From a virus (Duplodnaviria > Heunggongvirae > Uroviricota > Caudoviricetes): a DNA stretch of 34,620 nucleotides. The translations under genes and the position numbers were made by a program. The stretch is taken from the IMG/VR virus record IMGVR_UViG_2529293040_000020; one strand, 5' to 3'. The notes below the pieces were generated by a model. That model searched no databases and was not told the origin of the DNA. It worked only from the letters and a program-made list of their open reading frames with translations. This document shows, piece after piece, positions 27,445 through 34,620 of the stretch (position 1 is the stretch's first letter; every line of letters begins with the position of its first letter).

Positions 27445-27954
27445 TTATTTTATCAGAAGTTAATTATCACTCTGTTGCTATTCAGTACATCCCTGCAGGG
27501 TAAAGTCTTGTTTCGCCGGATATGAAGATGAAATATTGTTAGAAGACAGTAGCTACCGGTTCCTGTAACCGAACGTTCATTTCTCGTTATTTTTCATGCT
27601 GGCCGGGCGCAGGTGCTTTGCATCTGTTGCCAGCCTTCTCCTGCAGGCTTCAATAACCCATGCCGAAAAATTACCCGATCCCTTACGTTCAAGGGCAATA
27701 TGGATTTGATTAATCATCTGGTTTGGGAAGCTTTATTTTTTGATGACATTGTGTTTTTCCGTGTTCAGTGCTGCTGATTTGTATTGTCTTAAGATGTCTT
27801 TACGTTAAGTTGACACAGATCAATTAATGCATGACTTGGACAAAATTGATTATTTGTCGTGGTTTTATGGTGTACGTGGGATGTGTGATGGTATTTATAT
27901 AAATGATAATTATTATCATTTATTGGGTCCTTTCCGGCGATCCGGCAGGCTACG

Positions 27955-27966
27955 GGGCGGCGACCT
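27955..27966 (+). other. cos: cos site: cosN cohesive-end sequence GGGCGGCGACCT with lambda-like flanking sequence
   Basis: ggggcggcgacctcgcgggttttcgctatttatgaaaattttt matches the left end of the lambda genome as recalled. Confidence 0.7.
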
Positions 27967-28135
27967 CGCGGGTTTTCGCTATTTATGAAAATTTTTAGGG
28001 AAAAATCAGATCCGTTCTTCTTCTTTTTAACTGTTTGATTATCAATAGAATTTTAAAAATATAAAAGGATCTGACAAAGGCTGTTTTTGTTAGAAAACGC
28101 CATTTTCAGATCCTTTCTGGTTCCCGGGGGAGTGT

Positions 28136-28684
28136 ATGAACGTCAATAAGAAAAAACTGGCCGATATTTTTGGCGTTGATGTCAGGACCATCACCGCCTG
28201 GCAGAGTCAGGGGTTACCACTAGTTTCTGGTGGAGGGAAAGGGACTGAATCAGTTTTTGATACAACTGCTGCCATTCAGTGGTATGCGCAGAGGGAAGCT
28301 GATATTGAAAACGAAAAACTCCGTAAAGAGATCGAGGATTTGAGGGCTGCCAGCGAATCAGACCTTCAGCCCGGCACCATTGATTACGAACGTTACCGAC
28401 TGACGAAGGCACAGGCCGATGCACAGGAGCTGAAAAATGCTCGTGAGGAAGGCCTTGTCCTCGAGACGGAGTTATTTACCTACATCTTTCAGCGAGTGGC
28501 ACAGAATATATCAGGGATCCTTGTCCGTGTCCCTCAGACACTGCAGCGTAAATACCCTGATATATCACCCGCACATCTTGATGCTGTGAAAACTGAAATC
28601 GCGAAAGCATCCGATGTGGCTTCTGAAGCCGGTGAGAATGTGCGCAGGTGGATTGATGATTTCAGACGAACTGAGGGCGGCTAA
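28136..28684 (+). CDS. nu1: Terminase small subunit Nu1
   Basis: [36 protein letters not shown]...[46 protein letters not shown] closely matches lambda Nu1. Confidence 0.9.
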   Translation: MNVNKKKLADIFGVDVRTITAWQSQGLPLVSGGGKGTESVFDTTAAIQWYAQREADIENEKLRKEIEDLRAASESDLQPGTIDYERYRLTKAQADAQELKNAREEGLVLETELFTYIFQRVAQNISGILVRVPQTLQRKYPDISPAHLDAVKTEIAKASDVASEAGENVRRWIDDFRRTEGG

Positions 28685-30583
28685 TTCTGCAGGAGCGATA
28701 GCAACCGGCCTCCTTGCGCTAAAAATTCCTGTCCCTCTGACGACAGTTCAGTGGGCAGATCGACATTATTACCTTCCGAAAGAGTCATCTTACACCCCGG
28801 GGCGGTGGGAAACACTGCCGTTTCAGGTTGCCATCATGAACAGCATGGGGAATGACCGGATCCGCACTGTTAATCTGATTAAATCTGCCCGTGTTGGTTA
28901 TACAAAGATGTTGCTGGGAGTGGAGGCTTATTTTATTGAGCATAAATCACGCAACAGCCTTCTTTTCCAGCCCACGGATTCTGCTGCTGAAGATTTTATG
29001 AAATCTCATGTGGAACCCACGATCAGGGATGTGCCGGTTTTACTCGATCTTGCACCGTGGTTTGGGCGTAAACATCGTGATAATACCCTCACGCTGAAAC
29101 GCTTTTCATCGGGCGTCGGTTTCTGGTGCCTGGGCGGCGCTGCCGCCAAAAACTACCGTGAAAAATCCGTGGACGTGGTCTGCTATGACGAACTTTCCTC
29201 GTTCGAGCCGGATGTCGAAAAAGAGGGCTCGCCAACCCTGCTGGGGGATAAGCGTATTGAGGGGTCGGTGTGGCCAAAATCCATTCGCGGCTCGACGCCT
29301 AAAATCAAAGGCACCTGCCAGATCGAAAAAGCGGCCAACGAGTCGGCGCATTTCATGCGTTTTTATGTGCCCTGCCCGCACTGTGGGGAGGCGCAGTATC
29401 TGAAATTTGGCGATGAGTCCACGCCTTTTGGGCTTAAATGGGAGAAGGACAGTCCCGAAAGCGTTTTCTACCTCTGTGAACATCATGGCTGCGTGATCCA
29501 TCAGTCTGAGCTTGACCAGAACAACGGGCGGTGGATCTGTGAAAACACGGGCATGTGGACCCGTGACGGTCTGACGTTTTTCAGCGCCCGGGGTGATGAA
29601 ATTCCGCCGCCGCGCTCCATCACGTTCCATATCTGGACGGCGTACAGTCCGTTCACCACCTGGGTACAGATTGTCTATGACTGGCTGGATGCACTGAAAG
29701 ATCCCAACGGCCTGAAAACCTTTGTGAACACCACGCTGGGCGAGACCTGGGAAGAGGCCGTGGGCGAAAAACTCGATCACCAGGTACTGATGGATAAGGT
29801 GGTGCGTTACACGGCGGCGGTGCCTGCCCGGGTGGTTTATCTGACGGCGGGCATTGACTCGCAGCGAAACCGTTTTGAGATGTATGTCTGGGGATGGGCT
29901 CCGGGAGAGGAAGCTTTTCTGGTGGATAAAATCATCATTATGGGGCGTCCTGATGAGGAAGAGACGCTGTTACGTGTGGATGCGGCGATCAACAAAAAAT
30001 ACCGCCATGCAGACGGAACCGAAATGACCATTTCCCGTGTCTGCTGGGACACCGGGGGATCGATGGTGAAATTGTTTATCAGAGATCAAAAAAACACGGT
30101 GTTTTCCGGGTGCTGCCGGTAAAAGGCGCATCTGTCTATGGCAAGCCGGTGATCACCATGCCAAAAACCCGCAATCAGCGGGGCGTGTATCTGTGTGAAG
30201 TGGGAACGGACACCGCAAAAGAAATTCTCTATGCCCGTATGAAAGCCGATCCCTCGCCTGCGGATGAAGCCACGTCGTATGCCATCCGTTTTCCTGATGA
30301 TCCGGAGATTTTTTCGCAGACAGAGGCGCAGCAACTGGTGGCGGAAGAGCTGGTGGAGAAGTGGGAAAAAGGAAAGATGCGTCTGCTGTGGGATAACAAA
30401 AAGCGGCGTAACGAAGCGCTGGACTGCCTGGTGTATGCCTACGCGGCATTACGTGTGTCCGTGCAACGCTGGCAGCTTGATCTGGCTGTACTGGCAAAAT
30501 CCCGGGAAGAAGAGACGACCCGGCCAACCCTGAAAGAACTGGCAGCGAAGCTGTCCGGAGGAGTGAATGGTTACAGTCGCTGA
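28656..30583 (+). CDS. A: Terminase large subunit A, interrupted by a frameshift at a G5 run (30054-30058)
   Basis: Lambda gpA-like throughout; frame 1 ends ...[11 protein letters not shown]...*, the -1 frame continues [30 protein letters not shown]... as in lambda gpA. Confidence 0.85.
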
Positions 30584-30773
30584 ACTGCAGGCGCTGCGTC
30601 AGGCGCGCCTTGATTTATTAACCGGTAAACGGGTGGTGTCTGTCCAGAAAGATGGTCGCAGAATTGAATATACGGCGGCTTCTCTGGATGAGCTTAACCG
30701 GGCGATCAATGATGCGGAGTCGGTACTGGGGACAACCCGGCGTCGCCGTCGTCCGCTGGGAGTGAGGTTATGA
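30567..30773 (+). CDS. W: Head-tail joining protein W
   Basis: LQALRQARLDLLTGKRVVSVQKDGRRIEYTAASLDEL resembles lambda gpW. Confidence 0.8.
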   Translation: MVTVAELQALRQARLDLLTGKRVVSVQKDGRRIEYTAASLDELNRAINDAESVLGTTRRRRRPLGVRL

Positions 30774-32363
30774 AACGAACGCCTGTCCTGATTGATGTGA
30801 ACGGCGTTCCGCTTCGGGATAGCCTCAGCTACAACGGGGGCGGTGCAGGATTTGGCGGGCAAATGGCGGAGTGGTTGCCACCGGCGCAGAGTGCCGATGC
30901 GGCCCTGCTGCCCGCGTTGCGTCTGGGGAATGCCCGGGCAGATGATCTGGTGCGCAATAACGGAATAGCGGCCAATGCGGTGGCCCTGCATAAGTATCAC
31001 ATTGTCGGGCATATGTTTCTTATCAGCTACCGTCCGAACTGGCGCTGGCTGGGGATGCGGGAGACCGCAGCAAAAAGCTTTGTCGATGAGGTGGAGGCGG
31101 CCTGGTCGGAATACGCCGAAGGGATGTCTGGCGAGATCGACGTGGAAGGAAAACGCACGTTCACGGAATTTTATCCGTGAAGGTGTGGGCGTTCATGCGT
31201 TTAACGGCGAAATCTTTGTGCAGCCGGTCTGGGATACGGAAACCACGCAGTTATTCCGTACGCGTTTTAAAGCCGTGAGTCCGAAACGGGTGGACACGCC
31301 AGGACACGGTATGGGGAACCGTTTTCTGCGGGCCGGGGTGGAGGTCGATCGATATGGCCGTGCCGTTGCGTACCATATCTGTGAGGATGATCTTCCGTTC
31401 TCCGGGAGTGGACGATGGGAACGGATCCCGCGTGAACTTCCCACCGGGCGTCCGGCCATGCTGCATATTTTCGAGCCGGTGGAGGACGGGCAGACCCGTG
31501 GGGCCAACCAGTTTTACAGCGTCATGGAACGGCTGAAGATGCTCGATTCCCTGCAGGCAACACAGCTTCAGTCGGCCATTGTGAAAGCCATGTATGCAGC
31601 GACGATTGAAAGTGACCTTGATACCGAAAAGGCCTTTGAATATATCGCCGGTGCGCCGCAGGGGCAGAAGGATAATCCGCTTATTAATATTCTGGAGAAG
31701 TTCTCCAGCTGGTATGACACGAATAACGTGACGCTGGGTGGTGTCAAAATTCCGCACCTTTTCCCCGGGGATGATCTGAAACTACAGACTGCGCAGGATT
31801 CAGACAATGGATTTTCGGCGCTTGAACAGGCGCTGCTGCGGTATATCGCCGCCGGTCTTGGCGTTTCCTACGAACAGTTGTCCCGTGATTACTCGAAGGT
31901 CAGTTATTCAAGTGCCAGGGCCTCTGCCAATGAGTCGTGGCGCTATTTTATGGGGCGGCGAAAATTTATTGCGGCCCGGCTGGCCACGCAGATGTTTTCC
32001 TGCTGGCTGGAAGAGGCACTTCTTCGGGGGATTATCCGTCCGCCACGGGCGCGTTTTGATTTTTATCAGGCGCGATCAGCCTGGTCACGGGCAGAGTGGA
32101 TTGGTGCCGGAAGAATGGCCATTGACGGGCTCAAGGAGGTTCAGGAATCGGTGATGCGCATTGAGGCCGGACTGAGCACGTATGAGAAAGAGCTGGCGCT
32201 GATGGGCGAGGATTATCAGGACATTTTCCGCCAGCAGGTCAGGGAATCTGCTGAGCGACAAAAAGCCGGACTCTCACGTCCGGTGTGGATAGCGCAGGCG
32301 TATGAGCAGCAGATAGCGGAGAGTCGCAGGCCGGAAGAGGAGACAACACCCCGTGAGACGTAA
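30770..32363 (+). CDS. B: Portal protein B, interrupted by a frameshift at a T4 run (31169-31172)
   Basis: Lambda gpB-like; frame 1 ends ...KRTFTEFYP*, the other frame continues IREGVGVHAFNGEIFVQPVWD... matching lambda ...KRTFTMMIREGVAMHAFNGELFVQ. Confidence 0.85.
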
Positions 32364-33858
32364 TCTTTCACACATTATTGCCGCAGCATTCAATGAACCG
32401 CTGCTTCTGGAGCCCGCCTATGCGCGGGTTTTCTTTTGCGCGCTCGGGCGCGAGATGGGGGCATCAAGTCTTTCGGTACCACAACAGCAGGTACAGTTTG
32501 ATGCTCCCGGAATGCTGGCTGAAACGGACGAGTACATGGCCGGAGGTAAACGACCGGCCCGTGTTTACCGGGTGGTGAACGGTATTGCGGTACTGCCGGT
32601 GACCGGCACGCTGGTGCACCGGCTGGGGGGGATGCGGCCATTTTCCGGAATGACTGGCTATGACGGCATTGTCGCCTGTCTTCAGCAGGCAATGGCAGAT
32701 AGCCAGGTGCGGGGCATACTGCTGGACATTGACAGTCCGGGCGGGCAGGCCGCCGGCGCGTTTGACTGCGCTGACATGATTTACCGCCTCCGTCAGCAGA
32801 AGCCGGTCTGGGCACTGTGCAATGACACGGCCTGTTCTGCAGCCATGCTGCTGGCGTCGGCCTGCTCCCGACGGCTGGTTACCCAGACATCCCGTATCGG
32901 CTCCATTGGCGTGATGATGAGCCATGTCAGCTATGCCGGTCATCTGGCGCAGGCCGGTGTGGATATCACGCTGATTTACTCAGGGGCGCACAAGGTGGAT
33001 GGCAATCAGTTTGAAGCCTTACCGGCAGAGGTTCGCCAGGACATGCAGCAGCGCATTGATGCGGCGCGCCGGATGTTTGCCGAAAAAGTGGCCATGTTTA
33101 CCGGTCTGTCTGTTGATGCCGTCACGGGAACAGAGGCCGCCGTTTTTGAAGGTCAGTCCGGCATTGATGCCGGGCTGGCGGATGAATTAGTCAATGCGTC
33201 GGATGCCATCAGTGTGATGGCCACGGCGCTGAACAGTAATGTCAGAGGAGGCACTATGCCGCAATTAACTGCAACGGAAGCCGCCGCGCAGGAGAACCAG
33301 CGAGTGATGGGGATCCTGACATGCCAGGAAGCGAAAGGACGTGAACAGCTTGCCACGATGCTGGCAGGACAACAGGGCATGAGCGTTGAACAGGCCCGGG
33401 CGATTCTGGCCGCGGCGGCACCGCAGCAGCCGGTGGCATCCACGCAGAGTGAAGCCGATCGCATTATGGCGTGTGAAGAAGCGAACGGTCGTGAACAACT
33501 GGCGGCAACGCTGGCGGCGATGCCGGAGATGACGGTGGAAAAAGCCCGCCCGATCCTGGCTGCTTCACCGCAGGCGGATGCCGGACCCTCACTCCGTGAT
33601 CAGATCATGGCACTGGATGAGGCAAAAGGGGCTGAGGCGCAGGCTGAACAGCTGGCTGCCTGCCCGGGAATGACTGTGGAGAGCGCCCGGGCTGTGCTGG
33701 CTGCGGGATCAGGTAAGGCAGAACCGGTCTCTGCATCCACAACCGCCCTGTTTGAACGCATCATGGCGAACCATTCACCGGCAGCGGTACAGGGTGGCGT
33801 GCCACAGACGTCAGCAGACGGTGATGCGGACGTGAAAATGCTCATGGCCATGCCATGA
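32353..33858 (+). CDS. C: Head protease/scaffold protein C (S49 ClpP-like) with a tandemly triplicated C-terminal segment
   Basis: AFNEPLLLEPAYARVFFCAL... and GIAVLPVTGTL...MTGYDGI... match lambda gpC; GTG start overlapping the portal stop. Confidence 0.85.
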   Translation: MRRNLSHIIAAAFNEPLLLEPAYARVFFCALGREMGASSLSVPQQQVQFDAPGMLAETDEYMAGGKRPARVYRVVNGIAVLPVTGTLVHRLGGMRPFSGMTGYDGIVACLQQAMADSQVRGILLDIDSPGGQAAGAFDCADMIYRLRQQKPVWALCNDTACSAAMLLASACSRRLVTQTSRIGSIGVMMSHVSYAGHLAQAGVDITLIYSGAHKVDGNQFEALPAEVRQDMQQRIDAARRMFAEKVAMFTGLSVDAVTGTEAAVFEGQSGIDAGLADELVNASDAISVMATALNSNVRGGTMPQLTATEAAAQENQRVMGILTCQEAKGREQLATMLAGQQGMSVEQARAILAAAAPQQPVASTQSEADRIMACEEANGREQLAATLAAMPEMTVEKARPILAASPQADAGPSLRDQIMALDEAKGAEAQAEQLAACPGMTVESARAVLAAGSGKAEPVSASTTALFERIMANHSPAAVQGGVPQTSADGDADVKMLMAMP

Positions 33859-33894
33859 AGCCAGTGCTGACCATCAACAGGAGGTTTTTACAAT

Positions 33895-34242
33895 ATGGTG
33901 ACGAAAACTATCACTGAACAGCGTGCGGAAGTACGTATTTTTGCCGGTAATGATCCGGCTCATACCGCCACAGGCAGCAGCGGGATTTCCTCGGCAACAC
34001 CGGCACTGACGCCACTGATGCTGGATGAGGCCACCGGGAAACTGGTGGTCTGGGACGGACAAAAAGCCGGTAGTGCGGTTGGCATACTGGTACTGCCGCT
34101 TGAAGGCACAGAGACGGCGCTGACCTATTACAAGTCGGGGACCTTTGCGACGGAGGCAATCCGCTGGCCTGAAAGTGTGGATGAACACAAAAAGGCCAAC
34201 GCCTTTGCCGGCAGTGCCCTGAGTCACGCGGCGCTGCCGTAA
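33895..34242 (+). CDS. D: Head decoration protein D
   Basis: NDPAHTATGSSGISSATPALTPLMLDEATGKLVVWDG...YYKSGTF resembles lambda gpD. Confidence 0.85.
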   Translation: MVTKTITEQRAEVRIFAGNDPAHTATGSSGISSATPALTPLMLDEATGKLVVWDGQKAGSAVGILVLPLEGTETALTYYKSGTFATEAIRWPESVDEHKKANAFAGSALSHAALP

Positions 34243-34299
34243 CACGTTATCAGGCCACCGCGGTGGCCTGACTGATTTCTGAATGAAAGGAACTGATTT

Positions 34300-34620
34300 A
34301 TGGGATTGTTTACGACCCGCCAGTTACTCGGTTATACCGAACAAAAAGTGAAATTTCGTGCGCTGTTTCTGGAGCTGTTTTTCCGCCGTACGGTGAATTT
34401 CCATACCGAAGAGGTGATGCTGGACAAAATTACCGGAAAAACGCCGGTGGCGGCCTATGTCTCCCCGGTTGTTGAAGGAAAAGTGCTGCGTCATCGTGGT
34501 GGTGAAACCCGCGTGTTACGTCCGGGCTACGTCAAGCCGAAACACGAATTTAATTACCAGCAGGCGGTTGAGCGTCTTCCCGGTGAAGATCCGGCTCAAC
34601 TGAACGACCCGGCCTACCGT
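34300..34620 (+). CDS. E: Major capsid protein E, 5' part (runs off the window end)
   Basis: MGLFTTRQLLGYTEQKVKFRALFLELFFRR...PGYVKPKHEFNYQQAVERLPGEDPAQLNDPAYR resembles lambda gpE N-terminus; AAGGA RBS. Confidence 0.85.
   Translation, partial: MGLFTTRQLLGYTEQKVKFRALFLELFFRRTVNFHTEEVMLDKITGKTPVAAYVSPVVEGKVLRHRGGETRVLRPGYVKPKHEFNYQQAVERLPGEDPAQLNDPAYR

Noticed and set aside
29089-29780. Minus-strand 224-aa ORF and others inside terminase A
   Set aside because: Antisense to a conserved terminase gene; no independent support.
32390-33851. Multiple minus-strand and off-frame ORFs inside head gene C
   Set aside because: GC-rich off-frame artefacts overlapping a recognisable lambda gpC homologue.
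1-34620. CRISPR array
   Set aside because: No regularly spaced direct repeats of CRISPR length were seen anywhere in the window.

Overview
The window is the int-to-head portion of an integrated lambdoid prophage of E. coli/Shigella type, carrying an AT-rich accessory island whose ATPase + HNH nuclease pair is the best candidate for a defence system. Layout, left to right: (1) int/xis and a leftward early operon on the minus strand (1-4821), including a large protein with a DnaQ-like 3'-5' exonuclease domain; (2) a DicA/DicC-type immunity switch (4920-5632) and O/P-like replication genes (6139-7633); (3) the accessory island (about 7950-12500): a CTAG-rich non-coding stretch, an unknown gene, a decayed tyrosine recombinase, and the ATPase + HNH cassette, whose architecture matches Septu (PtuA/PtuB-like); (4) an IS481-like transposase remnant, a hok toxin gene, and an intact IS66-family element with an 8-bp target site duplication; (5) nin-region genes (DUF968, rusA, Q-like), a DNA methyltransferase, a tRNA cluster, a locus without stx at the position stx occupies in Stx phages, nanS-p esterase, and a phage-21-type lysis cassette; (6) cos and lambda-like head genes (Nu1, A, W, B, C, D, E partial). 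Many genes, including the ATPase, terminase and portal, are interrupted at homopolymer runs, so either the prophage is decayed or the assembly has indel errors. All family assignments are from reading the translations by eye; no database search was run.
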